From positions 3,286,001-3,350,000 of the forward strand of contig JBPQGU010000016.1 in NCBI GenBank assembly GCA_051362555.1: a DNA stretch of 64,000 bases, given 5' to 3'. A program made the position numbers and the translations under genes. Positions 1-13,700 of this stretch are shown here, piece after piece; position 1 is the stretch's first letter; every line of letters begins with the position of its first letter. A model generated the notes under the pieces. It did no database searches, had not been told where the DNA came from, and saw only the letters and a list, made by a program, of their open reading frames with translations. The DNA comes from Lingula anatina. Lineage: Eukaryota; Animalia; Brachiopoda.

Positions 1-362
1 CTACCACACCTGTCATTCATAAAAAATGTGGAAACGCGCCCGGATCACTTCATTAAAGCCCCCAATTTCAGCTTTAAAGATGGCCAAAAAGCACACCTGA
101 GAACAGGATTTGGAGAGAGGGGGGGTGGAGAGAGTTTTTGCTCTATTTCTTCCTTAATAATGACACAACCACTCTTCCAGCACTTTATTCTGACTACAAA
201 TGACCAAACACACCTACCAGACACTATAATGAAGAAAAAAATTTTTCAACCCTACCTGGCCAAAATTGAAGAAAACTGCCATATCCGGACCTTACGAAAA
301 TCACTCAAAATCACCCAAAAATGACCCGTCACCAAATTTTCCAAAAAGTGATGAAAATCAAT
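1..362. repeat. Representative consensus monomer (A-type), 362 bp
   Basis: Hand count gives about A134 C90 G55 T83 (40% GC). Landmarks: GGAGAGA-G7-T-GGAGAGAG (112-134), A7T5 tract (235-246), two TGGCCAAAA (81, 257), three CACACCT (5, 92, 209), TCCGGA (284-289), six CpGs. Confidence 0.97.
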
Positions 363-1770
363 CTACCACACCTGTCATTCATAAAAAATGTGGAAACGCG
401 CCCGGATCACTTCATTAAAGCCCCCAATTTCAGCTTTAAAGATGGCCAAAAAGCACACCTGAGAACAGGATTTGGAGAGAGGGGGGGGTGGAGAGAGTTT
501 TTGCTCTATTTCTTCCTTAATAATGACACAACCACTCTTCCAGCACTTTATTCTGACTACAAATGACCAAACACACCTACCAGACACTATAATGAAGAAA
601 AAAATTTTTCAACCCTACCTGGCCAAAATTGAAGAAAACTGCCATATCCGGACCTTACGAAAATCACTCAAAATCACCCAAAAATGACCCGTCACCAAAT
701 TTTCCAAAAAGTGATGAAAATCAATCTACCACACCTGTCATTCATAAAAATGTGGAAACGCGCCCCGGATCACTTCATTAAAGCCCCCAATTTCAGCTTT
801 AAAGATGGCCAAAAAGCACACCTGAGAACAGGATTTGGAGAGAGGGGGGGTGGAGAGAGTTTTTGCTCTATTTCTTCCTTAATAATGACACAACCACTCT
901 TCCAGCACTTTATTCTGACTACAAATGACAAAACACACCTACCAGACACTATAATGAAGAAAAAAATTTTTCAAACCCTACCTGGCCAAAATTGAAGAAA
1001 ACTGCCATATCCGGACCTTACGAAATCACTCAAAATCACCCAAAAATGACCCGTCACCCAAATTTTCCAAAAAGTGATGAAAATCAATCTACCACACCTG
1101 TCATTCATAAAAAATGTGGAAACGCGCCCGGATCACTTCATTTAAAGCCCCCAATTTCAGCTTTAAAGATGGCCAAAAAGCACACCTGAGAACAGGATTT
1201 GGAGAGAGGGGGGGTGGAGAGAGTTTTTGCTCTATTTCTTCCTTAATAATGACACAACCACTCTTCCAGCACTTTATTCTGACTACAAATGACCAAACAC
1301 ACCTACCAGACACTATAATGAAGAAAAAAATTTTTCAACCCTACCTGGCCAAAATTGAAGAAAACTGCCATATCCGGACCTTACGAAAATCACTCAAAAT
1401 CACCCAAAAATGACCCGTCACCAAATTTTCCAAAAAGTGATGAAAATCAATCTACCACACCTGTCATTCATAAAAAATGTGGAAACGCGCCCGGATCACT
1501 TCATTAAAGCCCCCAATTTCAGCTTTAAAGATGGCCAAAAAGCACACCTTGAGAACAGGATTTGGAGAGAGGGGGGGTGGAGAGAGTTTTTGCTCTATTT
1601 CTTCCTTAAATAATGACACAAACCACTCTTCCAGCACTTTATTCTGACTACAAATGACCAAACACACCTACCAGACACTATAATGAAGAAAAAAATTTTT
1701 CAACCCTACCTGGCCAAAATTGAAGAAAACTGCCATATCCGGACCTTACGAAAATCACTCAAAATCACCC
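1..1770. repeat. Left A-type sub-block (aaaatgAcccg)
   Basis: Diagnostic A in the four copies at ATG 321, 684, ~1046 and 1410; the first G-type copy is at 1775-1778. Confidence 0.85.
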
Positions 1771-1774
1771 AAAA

Positions 1775-4700
1775 ATGGCCCGTCACCAAATTTTCCAAAA
1801 AGTGATGAAAATCAATCTACCACACCTGTCATTCATAAAAAATGTGGAAACGCGCCCGGATCACCTTCATTAAAGCCCCCAATTTCAGCTTTAAAGATGG
1901 CCAAAAAGCACACCTGAGAACAGGATTTGGAGAGAGGGGGGGGTGGAGAGAGTTTTTGCTCTATTTCTTCCTTAATAATGACACAACCACTCTTCCAGCA
2001 CTTTATTCTGACTACAAATGACCAAACACACCTACCAGACACTATAATGAAGAAAAAAATTTTTCAACCCTACCTGGCCAAATTGAAGAAAACTGCCATA
2101 TCCGGACCTTAACGAAAATCACTCAAAATCACCCAAAAATGGCCCGTCACCAAATTTTCCAAAAAGTGATGAAAATCAATCTACCACACCTGTCATTCAT
2201 AAAAAATGTGGAAACGCGCCCGGATCACTTCATTAAAGCCCCCAATTTTTAAAGATGGCCAAAAAGCACACCTGAGAACAGGATTTGGAGAGAGGGGGGG
2301 TGGAGAGAGTTTTTGCTCTATTTCTTCCTTAATAATGACACAACCACTCTTCCAGCACTTCTGACTACAAATGACCAAACACACCTACCAGACACTATAA
2401 TGAAGAAAAAAATTTTTCAAGCCTACCTGGCCAAATTGAAGAAAACTGCCATATCCGGACCTTACGAAAATCACTCAAAAATCACCCCAAAAATGGCCCG
2501 TCACCAAATTTTCCAAAAAGGTGATGAAAATCAATCTACCACACCTGTCATTCCATAAAAAAATGTGGAAACGCGCCCGGATCACTTCATTAAAGCCCCC
2601 TAATTCAGCTTTAAAGATGGCCAAAAAGCACACCTGAGAAACAGGATTTGGAGAGAGGGGGGTGGAGAGAGTTTTGCTCTATTTCTTCCTTAATAATGAC
2701 ACAACCACTCTTCCAGCACTTTATTCTGACTACAAATGACCAAAACACACCTACCAGACACTATAATGAAGAAAAAAATTTTTCAACCCTACCTGGCCAA
2801 AATTGAAGAAAACTGCCATATCCGGACCTTAGCGAAAATCACTCAAAATCACCCAAAAATGGCCCGTCACCAAATTTTCCAAAAAGTGATGAAAATCAAT
2901 CTACCACACCTGTCATTCATAAAAAATGTGGAAACGCGCCCGATCACTTCATTAAAGCCCCCCAATTTCAGCTTTAAAGATGGCCAAAAAGCACACCTGA
3001 GAACAGGATTTGGAGAGAGGGGGGTGTGTGAGAGAGTTTTTGCTCTATTTCTTCCTTAATAATGACACAACCACTCTTCCAGCACTTTATTCTGACTACA
3101 AATGACCAAACACACCTACCAGACACTATAATGAAGAAAAAAATTTTTCAACCCTACCTGGCCAAAATTGAAGAAAACTGCCATATCCGGACCTTACGAA
3201 AATCACTCAAAATCACCCAAAAATGGCCCGTCACCAAATTTTCCAAAAAGTGATGAAAATCAATCTACCACACCTGTCATTCATAAAAAATGTGGAAACG
3301 CGCCCGGATCACTTCATTAAAGCCCCCAATTTCAGCTTTAAAGATGGCCAAAAAGCACACCTGAGAACAGGATTTGGGAGAGAGGGGGGGTGGAGAGAGT
3401 TTTTGCTCTATTTCTTCCTTAATAATGACACAACCACTCTTCCAGCACTTTATTCTGACTACAAATGACCAAACACACCTACCAGACACTATAATGAAGA
3501 AAAAAATTTTTCAACCCTACCTGGCCAAAATTGAAGAAAACTGCCATATCCGGACCTTACGAAAATCACTCAAAATCACCCAAAAATGGCCCGTCACCAA
3601 ATTTTCCAAAAAGTGATGAAAATCAATCTACCACACCTGTCATTCATAAAAAATGTGGAAACGCGCCCGGATCACTTCATTAAAGCCCCCAATTTCAGCT
3701 TTAAAGATGGCCAAAAAGCACACCTGAGAACAGGATTTGGAGAGAGGGGGGGTGGAGAGAGTTTTTGCTCTATTTCTTCCTTAATAATGACACAACCACT
3801 CTTCCAGCACTTTATTCTGACTACAAATGACCAAACACACCTACCAGACACTATAATGAAGAAAAAAATTTTTCAACCCTACCTGGCCAAAATTGAAGAA
3901 AACTGCCATATCCGGACCTTACGAAAATCACTCAAAATCACCCAAAAATGGCCCGTCACCAAATTTTCCAAAAAGTGATGAAAATCAATCTACCACACCT
4001 GTCATTCATAAAAAATGTGGAAACGCGCCCGGATCACTTCATTAAAGCCCCCAATTTCAGCTTTAAAGATGGCCAAAAAGCACACCTGAGAACAGGATTT
4101 GGAGAGAGGGGGGGTGGAGAGAGTTTTTGCTCTATTTCTTCCTTAATAATGACACAACCACTCTTCCAGCACTTTATTCTGACTACAAATGACCAAACAC
4201 ACCTACCAGACACTATAATGAAGAAAAAAATTTTTCAACCCTACCTGGCCAAAATTGAAGAAAACTGCCATATCCGGACCTTACGAAAATCACTCAAAAT
4301 CACCCAAAAATGGCCCGTCACCAAATTTTCCAAAAAGTGATGAAAATCAATCTACCACACCTGTCATTCATAAAAAATGTGGAAACGCGCCCGGATCACT
4401 TCATTAAAGCCCCCAATTTCAGCTTTAAAGATGGCCAAAAAGCACACCTGAGAACAGGATTTGGAGAGAGGGGGGGTGGAGAGAGTTTTTGCTCTATTTC
4501 TTCCTTAATAATGACACAACCACTCTTCCAGCACTTTATTCTGACTACAAATGACCAAACACACCTACCAGACACTATAATGAAGAAAAAAATTTTTCAA
4601 CCCTACCTGGCCAAAATTGAAGAAAACTGCCATATCCGGACCTTACGAAAATCACTCAAAATCACCCAAAAATGGCCCGTCACCAAATTTTCCAAAAAGT

Positions 4701-7700
4701 GATGAAAATCAATCTACCACACCTGTCATTCATAAAAAATGTGGAAACGCGCCCGGATCACTTCATTAAAGCCCCCAATTTCAGCTTTAAAGATGGCCAA
4801 AAAGCACACCTGAGAACAGGATTTGGAGAGAGGGGGGGTGGAGAGAGTTTTTGCTCTATTTCTTCCTTAATAATGACACAACCACTCTTCCAGCACTTTA
4901 TTCTGACTACAAATGACCAAACACACCTACCAGACACTATAATGAAGAAAAAAATTTTTCAACCCTACCTGGCCAAAATTGAAGAAAACTGCCATATCCG
5001 GACCTTACGAAAATCACTCAAAATCACCCAAAAATGGCCCGTCACCAAATTTTCCAAAAAGTGATGAAAATCAATCTACCACACCTGTCATTCATAAAAA
5101 ATGTGGAAACGCGCCCGGATCACTTCATTAAAGCCCCCAATTTCAGCTTTAAAGATGGCCAAAAAGCACACCTGAGAACAGGATTTGGAGAGAGGGGGGG
5201 TGGAGAGAGTTTTTGCTCTATTTCTTCCTTAATAATGACACAACCACTCTTCCAGCACTTTATTCTGACTACAAATGACCAAACACACCTACCAGACACT
5301 ATAATGAAGAAAAAAATTTTTCAACCCTACCTGGCCAAAATTGAAGAAAACTGCCATATCCGGACCTTACGAAAATCACTCAAAATCACCCAAAAATGGC
5401 CCGTCACCAAATTTTCCAAAAAGTGATGAAAATCAATCTACCACACCTGTCATTCATAAAAAATGTGGAAACGCGCCCGGATCACTTCATTAAAGCCCCC
5501 AATTTCAGCTTTAAAGATGGCCAAAAAGCACACCTGAGAACAGGATTTGGAGAGAGGGGGGGTGGAGAGAGTTTTTGCTCTATTTCTTCCTTAATAATGA
5601 CACAACCACTCTTCCAGCACTTTATTCTGACTACAAATGACCAAACACACCTACCAGACACTATAATGAAGAAAAAAATTTTTCAACCCTACCTGGCCAA
5701 AATTGAAGAAAACTGCCATATCCGGACCTTACGAAAATCACTCAAAATCACCCAAAAATGGCCCGTCACCAAATTTTCCAAAAAGTGATGAAAATCAATC
5801 TACCACACCTGTCATTCATAAAAAATGTGGAAACGCGCCCGGATCACTTCATTAAAGCCCCCAATTTCAGCTTTAAAGATGGCCAAAAAGCACACCTGAG
5901 AACAGGATTTGGAGAGAGGGGGGGTGGAGAGAGTTTTTGCTCTATTTCTTCCTTAATAATGACACAACCACTCTTCCAGCACTTTATTCTGACTACAAAT
6001 GACCAAACACACCTACCAGACACTATAATGAAGAAAAAAATTTTTCAACCCTACCTGGCCAAAATTGAAGAAAACTGCCATATCCGGACCTTACGAAAAT
6101 CACTCAAAATCACCCAAAAATGGCCCGTCACCAAATTTTCCAAAAAGTGATGAAAATCAATCTACCACACCTGTCATTCATAAAAAATGTGGAAACGCGC
6201 CCGGATCACTTCATTAAAGCCCCCAATTTCAGCTTTAAAGATGGCCAAAAAGCACACCTGAGAACAGGATTTGGAGAGAGGGGGGGTGGAGAGAGTTTTT
6301 GCTCTATTTCTTCCTTAATAATGACACAACCACTCTTCCAGCACTTTATTCTGACTACAAATGACCAAACACACCTACCAGACACTATAATGAAGAAAAA
6401 AATTTTTCAACCCTACCTGGCCAAAATTGAAGAAAACTGCCATATCCGGACCTTACGAAAATCACTCAAAATCACCCAAAAATGGCCCGTCACCAAATTT
6501 TCCAAAAAGTGATGAAAATCAATCTACCACACCTGTCATTCATAAAAAATGTGGAAACGCGCCCGGATCACTTCATTAAAGCCCCCAATTTCAGCTTTAA
6601 AGATGGCCAAAAAGCACACCTGAGAACAGGATTTGGAGAGAGGGGGGGTGGAGAGAGTTTTTGCTCTATTTCTTCCTTAATAATGACACAACCACTCTTC
6701 CAGCACTTTATTCTGACTACAAATGACCAAACACACCTACCAGACACTATAATGAAGAAAAAAATTTTTCAACCCTACCTGGCCAAAATTGAAGAAAACT
6801 GCCATATCCGGACCTTACGAAAATCACTCAAAATCACCCAAAAATGGCCCGTCACCAAATTTTCCAAAAAGTGATGAAAATCAATCTACCACACCTGTCA
6901 TTCATAAAAAATGTGGAAACGCGCCCGGATCACTTCATTAAAGCCCCCAATTTCAGCTTTAAAGATGGCCAAAAAGCACACCTGAGAACAGGATTTGGAG
7001 AGAGGGGGGGTGGAGAGAGTTTTTGCTCTATTTCTTCCTTAATAATGACACAACCACTCTTCCAGCACTTTATTCTGACTACAAATGACCAAACACACCT
7101 ACCAGACACTATAATGAAGAAAAAAATTTTTCAACCCTACCTGGCCAAAATTGAAGAAAACTGCCATATCCGGACCTTACGAAAATCACTCAAAATCACC
7201 CAAAAATGGCCCGTCACCAAATTTTCCAAAAAGTGATGAAAATCAATCTACCACACCTGTCATTCATAAAAAATGTGGAAACGCGCCCGGATCACTTCAT
7301 TAAAGCCCCCAATTTCAGCTTTAAAGATGGCCAAAAAGCACACCTGAGAACAGGATTTGGAGAGAGGGGGGGTGGAGAGAGTTTTTGCTCTATTTCTTCC
7401 TTAATAATGACACAACCACTCTTCCAGCACTTTATTCTGACTACAAATGACCAAACACACCTACCAGACACTATAATGAAGAAAAAAATTTTTCAACCCT
7501 ACCTGGCCAAAATTGAAGAAAACTGCCATATCCGGACCTTACGAAAATCACTCAAAATCACCCAAAAATGGCCCGTCACCAAATTTTCCAAAAAGTGATG
7601 AAAATCAATCTACCACACCTGTCATTCATAAAAAATGTGGAAACGCGCCCGGATCACTTCATTAAAGCCCCCAATTTCAGCTTTAAAGATGGCCAAAAAG

Positions 7701-10700
7701 CACACCTGAGAACAGGATTTGGAGAGAGGGGGGGTGGAGAGAGTTTTTGCTCTATTTCTTCCTTAATAATGACACAACCACTCTTCCAGCACTTTATTCT
7801 GACTACAAATGACCAAACACACCTACCAGACACTATAATGAAGAAAAAAATTTTTCAACCCTACCTGGCCAAAATTGAAGAAAACTGCCATATCCGGACC
7901 TTACGAAAATCACTCAAAATCACCCAAAAATGGCCCGTCACCAAATTTTCCAAAAAGTGATGAAAATCAATCTACCACACCTGTCATTCATAAAAAATGT
8001 GGAAACGCGCCCGGATCACTTCATTAAAGCCCCCAATTTCAGCTTTAAAGATGGCCAAAAAGCACACCTGAGAACAGGATTTGGAGAGAGGGGGGGTGGA
8101 GAGAGTTTTTGCTCTATTTCTTCCTTAATAATGACACAACCACTCTTCCAGCACTTTATTCTGACTACAAATGACCAAACACACCTACCAGACACTATAA
8201 TGAAGAAAAAAATTTTTCAACCCTACCTGGCCAAAATTGAAGAAAACTGCCATATCCGGACCTTACGAAAATCACTCAAAATCACCCAAAAATGGCCCGT
8301 CACCAAATTTTCCAAAAAGTGATGAAAATCAATCTACCACACCTGTCATTCATAAAAAATGTGGAAACGCGCCCGGATCACTTCATTAAAGCCCCCAATT
8401 TCAGCTTTAAAGATGGCCAAAAAGCACACCTGAGAACAGGATTTGGAGAGAGGGGGGGTGGAGAGAGTTTTTGCTCTATTTCTTCCTTAATAATGACACA
8501 ACCACTCTTCCAGCACTTTATTCTGACTACAAATGACCAAACACACCTACCAGACACTATAATGAAGAAAAAAATTTTTCAACCCTACCTGGCCAAAATT
8601 GAAGAAAACTGCCATATCCGGACCTTACGAAAATCACTCAAAATCACCCAAAAATGGCCCGTCACCAAATTTTCCAAAAAGTGATGAAAATCAATCTACC
8701 ACACCTGTCATTCATAAAAAAAAAATGTGGAAACGCGCCCGGATCACTTCATTAAAGCCCCCAATTTCAGCTTTAAAGATGGCCAAAAAGCACACCTGAG
8801 AACAGGATTTGGAGAGAGGGGGGGTGGAGAGAGTTTTTGCTCTATTTCTTCCTTAATAATGACACAACCACTCTTCCAGCACTTTATTCTGACTACAAAT
8901 GACCAAACACACCTACCAGACACTATAATGAAGAAAAAAATTTTTCAACCCTACCTGGCCAAAATTGAAGAAAACTGCCATATCCGGACCTTACGAAAAT
9001 CACTCAAAATCACCCAAAAATGGCCCGTCACCAAATTTTCCAAAAAGTGATGAAAATCAATCTACCACACCTGTCATTCATAAAAAATGTGGAAACGCGC
9101 CCGGATCACTTCATTAAAGCCCCCAATTTCAGCTTTAAAGATGGCCAAAAAGCACACCTGAGAACAGGATTTGGAGAGAGGGGGGGTGGAGAGAGTTTTT
9201 GCTCTATTTCTTCCTTAATAATGACACAACCACTCTTCCAGCACTTTATTCTGACTACAAATGACCAAACACACCTACCAGACACTATAATGAAGAAAAA
9301 AATTTTTCAACCCTACCTGGCCAAAATTGAAGAAAACTGCCATATCCGGACCTTACGAAAATCACTCAAAATCACCCAAAAATGGCCCGTCACCAAATTT
9401 TCCAAAAAGTGATGAAAATCAATCTACCACACCTGTCATTCATAAAAAATGTGGAAACGCGCCCGGATCACTTCATTAAAGCCCCCAATTTCAGCTTTAA
9501 AGATGGCCAAAAAGCACACCTGAGAACAGGATTTGGAGAGAGGGGGGGTGGAGAGAGTTTTTGCTCTATTTCTTCCTTAATAATGACACAACCACTCTTC
9601 CAGCACTTTATTCTGACTACAAATGACCAAACACACCTACCAGACACTATAATGAAGAAAAAAATTTTTCAACCCTACCTGGCCAAAATTGAAGAAAACT
9701 GCCATATCCGGACCTTACGAAAATCACTCAAAATCACCCAAAAATGGCCCGTCACCAAATTTTCCAAAAAGTGATGAAAATCAATCTACCACACCTGTCA
9801 TTCATAAAAAATGTGGAAACGCGCCCGGATCACTTCATTAAAGCCCCCAATTTCAGCTTTAAAGATGGCCAAAAAGCACACCTGAGAACAGGATTTGGAG
9901 AGAGGGGGGGTGGAGAGAGTTTTTGCTCTATTTCTTCCTTAATAATGACACAACCACTCTTCCAGCACTTTATTCTGACTACAAATGACCAAACACACCT
10001 ACCAGACACTATAATGAAGAAAAAAATTTTTCAACCCTACCTGGCCAAAATTGAAGAAAACTGCCATATCCGGACCTTACGAAAATCACTCAAAATCACC
10101 CAAAAATGGCCCGTCACCAAATTTTCCAAAAAGTGATGAAAATCAATCTACCACACCTGTCATTCATAAAAAATGTGGAAACGCGCCCGGATCACTTCAT
10201 TAAAGCCCCCAATTTCAGCTTTAAAGATGGCCAAAAAGCACACCTGAGAACAGGATTTGGAGAGAGGGGGGGTGGAGAGAGTTTTTGCTCTATTTCTTCC
10301 TTAATAATGACACAACCACTCTTCCAGCACTTTATTCTGACTACAAATGACCAAACACACCTACCAGACACTATAATGAAGAAAAAAATTTTTCAACCCT
10401 ACCTGGCCAAAATTGAAGAAAACTGCCATATCCGGACCTTACGAAAATCACTCAAAATCACCCAAAAATGGCCCGTCACCAAATTTTCCAAAAAGTGATG
10501 AAAATCAATCTACCACACCTGTCATTCATAAAAAATGTGGAAACGCGCCCGGATCACTTCATTAAAGCCCCCAATTTCAGCTTTAAAGATGGCCAAAAAG
10601 CACACCTGAGAACAGGATTTGGAGAGAGGGGGGGTGGAGAGAGTTTTTGCTCTATTTCTTCCTTAATAATGACACAACCACTCTTCCAGCACTTTATTCT

Positions 10701-13700
10701 GACTACAAATGACCAAACACACCTACCAGACACTATAATGAAGAAAAAAATTTTTCAACCCTACCTGGCCAAAATTGAAGAAAACTGCCATATCCGGACC
10801 TTACGAAAATCACTCAAAATCACCCAAAAATGGCCCGTCACCAAATTTTCCAAAAAGTGATGAAAATCAATCTACCACACCTGTCATTCATAAAAAATGT
10901 GGAAACGCGCCCGGATCACTTCATTAAAGCCCCCAATTTCAGCTTTAAAGATGGCCAAAAAGCACACCTGAGAACAGGATTTGGAGAGAGGGGGGGTGGA
11001 GAGAGTTTTTGCTCTATTTCTTCCTTTAATAATGACACAACCACTCTTCCAGCACTTTATTCTGACTACAAATGACCAAACACACCTACCAGACACTATA
11101 ATGAAGAAAAAAATTTTTCAACCCTACCTGGCCAAAATTGAAGAAAACTGCCATATCCGGACCTTACGAAAATCACTCAAAATCACCCAAAAATGGCCCG
11201 TCACCAAATTTTCCAAAAAGTGATGAAAATCAATCTACCACACCTGTCATTCATAAAAAATGTGGAAACGCGCCCGGATCACTTCATTAAAGCCCCCAAT
11301 TTCAGCTTTAAAGATGGCCAAAAAGCACACCTGAGAACAGGATTTGGAGAGAGGGGGGGTGGAGAGAGTTTTTGCTCTATTTCTTCCTTAATAATGACAC
11401 AACCACTCTTCCAGCACTTTATTCTGACTACAAATGACCAAACACACCTACCAGACACTATAATGAAGAAAAAAATTTTTCAACCCTACCTGGCCAAAAT
11501 TGAAGAAAACTGCCATATCCGGACCTTACGAAAATCACTCAAAATCACCCAAAAATGGCCCGTCACCAAATTTTCCAAAAAGTGATGAAAATCAATCTAC
11601 CACACCTGTCATTCATAAAAAATGTGGAAACGCGCCCGGATCACTTCATTAAAGCCCCCAATTTCAGCTTTAAAGATGGCCAAAAAGCACACCTGAGAAC
11701 AGGATTTGGAGAGAGGGGGGGTGGAGAGAGTTTTTGCTCTATTTCTTCCTTAATAATGACACAACCACTCTTCCAGCACTTTATTCTGACTACAAATGAC
11801 CAAACACACCTACCAGACACTATAATGAAGAAAAAAATTTTTCAACCCTACCTGGCCAAAATTGAAGAAAACTGCCATATCCGGACCTTACGAAAATCAC
11901 TCAAAATCACCCAAAAATGGCCCGTCACCAAATTTTCCAAAAAGTGATGAAAATCAATCTACCACACCTGTCATTCATAAAAAATGTGGAAACGCGCCCG
12001 GATCACTTCATTAAAGCCCCCAATTTCAGCTTTAAAGATGGCCAAAAAGCACACCTGAGAACAGGATTTGGAGAGAGGGGGGGTGGAGAGAGTTTTTGCT
12101 CTATTTCTTCCTTAATAATGACACAACCACTCTTCCAGCACTTTATTCTGACTACAAATGACCAAACACACCTACCAGACACTATAATGAAGAAAAAAAT
12201 TTTTCAACCCTACCTGGCCAAAATTGAAGAAAACTGCCATATCCGGACCTTACGAAAATCACTCAAAATCACCCAAAAATGGCCCGTCACCAAATTTTCC
12301 AAAAAGTGATGAAAATCAATCTACCACACCTGTCATTCATAAAAAATGTGGAAACGCGCCCGGATCACTTCATTAAAGCCCCCAATTTCAGCTTTAAAGA
12401 TGGCCAAAAAGCACACCTGAGAACAGGATTTGGAGAGAGGGGGGGTGGAGAGAGTTTTTGCTCTATTTCTTCCTTAATAATGACACAACCACTCTTCCAG
12501 CACTTTATTCTGACTACAAATGACCAAACACACCTACCAGACACTATAATGAAGAAAAAAATTTTTCAACCCTACCTGGCCAAAATTGAAGAAAACTGCC
12601 ATATCCGGACCTTACGAAAATCACTCAAAATCACCCAAAAATGGCCCGTCACCAAATTTTCCAAAAAGTGATGAAAATCAATCTACCACACCTGTCATTC
12701 ATAAAAAATGTGGAAACGCGCCCGGATCACTTCATTAAAGCCCCCAATTTCAGCTTTAAAGATGGCCAAAAAGCACACCTGAGAACAGGATTTGGAGAGA
12801 GGGGGGGTGGAGAGAGTTTTTGCTCTATTTCTTCCTTAATAATGACACAACCACTCTTCCAGCACTTTATTCTGACTACAAATGACCAAACACACCTACC
12901 AGACACTATAATGAAGAAAAAAATTTTTCAACCCTACCTGGCCAAAATTGAAGAAAACTGCCATATCCGGACCTTACGAAAATCACTCAAAATCACCCAA
13001 AAATGGCCCGTCACCAAATTTTCCAAAAAGTGATGAAAATCAATCTACCACACCTGTCATTCATAAAAAATGTGGAAACGCGCCCGGATCACTTCATTAA
13101 AGCCCCCAATTTCAGCTTTAAAGATGGCCAAAAAGCACACCTGAGAACAGGATTTGGAGAGAGGGGGGGTGGAGAGAGTTTTTGCTCTATTTCTTCCTTA
13201 ATAATGACACAACCACTCTTCCAGCACTTTATTCTGACTACAAATGACCAAACACACCTACCAGACACTATAATGAAGAAAAAAATTTTTCAACCCTACC
13301 TGGCCAAAATTGAAGAAAACTGCCATATCCGGACCTTACGAAAATCACTCAAAATCACCCAAAAATGGCCCGTCACCAAATTTTCCAAAAAGTGATGAAA
13401 ATCAATCTACCACACCTGTCATTCATAAAAAATGTGGAAACGCGCCCGGATCACTTCATTAAAGCCCCCAATTTCAGCTTTAAAGATGGCCAAAAAGCAC
13501 ACCTGAGAACAGGATTTGGAGAGAGGGGGGGTGGAGAGAGTTTTTGCTCTATTTCTTCCTTAATAATGACACAACCACTCTTCCAGCACTTTATTCTGAC
13601 TACAAATGACCAAACACACCTACCAGACACTATAATGAAGAAAAAAATTTTTCAACCCTACCTGGCCAAAATTGAAGAAAACTGCCATATCCGGACCTTA

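Noticed and set aside
225-230. TATAAT (-10-like) and GGAG (Shine-Dalgarno-like) motifs in each monomer
   Set aside because: Short motifs expected by chance. There is no properly spaced -35 element and no evidence of a prokaryotic context.
1-362. Tandem 5S rRNA, tRNA, snRNA or spliced-leader gene unit
   Set aside because: I could not find 5S, tRNA cloverleaf, or known snRNA/SL sequence on either strand. An Rfam/Infernal scan would be the definitive test.
1-362. Assignment to a named ~360-bp satellite (Drosophila 359-bp, Tribolium TCAST1, cucurbit 350-360-bp families)
   Set aside because: Only the length is similar. I do not recognise the sequence, and 40% GC is higher than the AT-rich insect families. 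It needs BLASTN against nt, Repbase or PlantSat.
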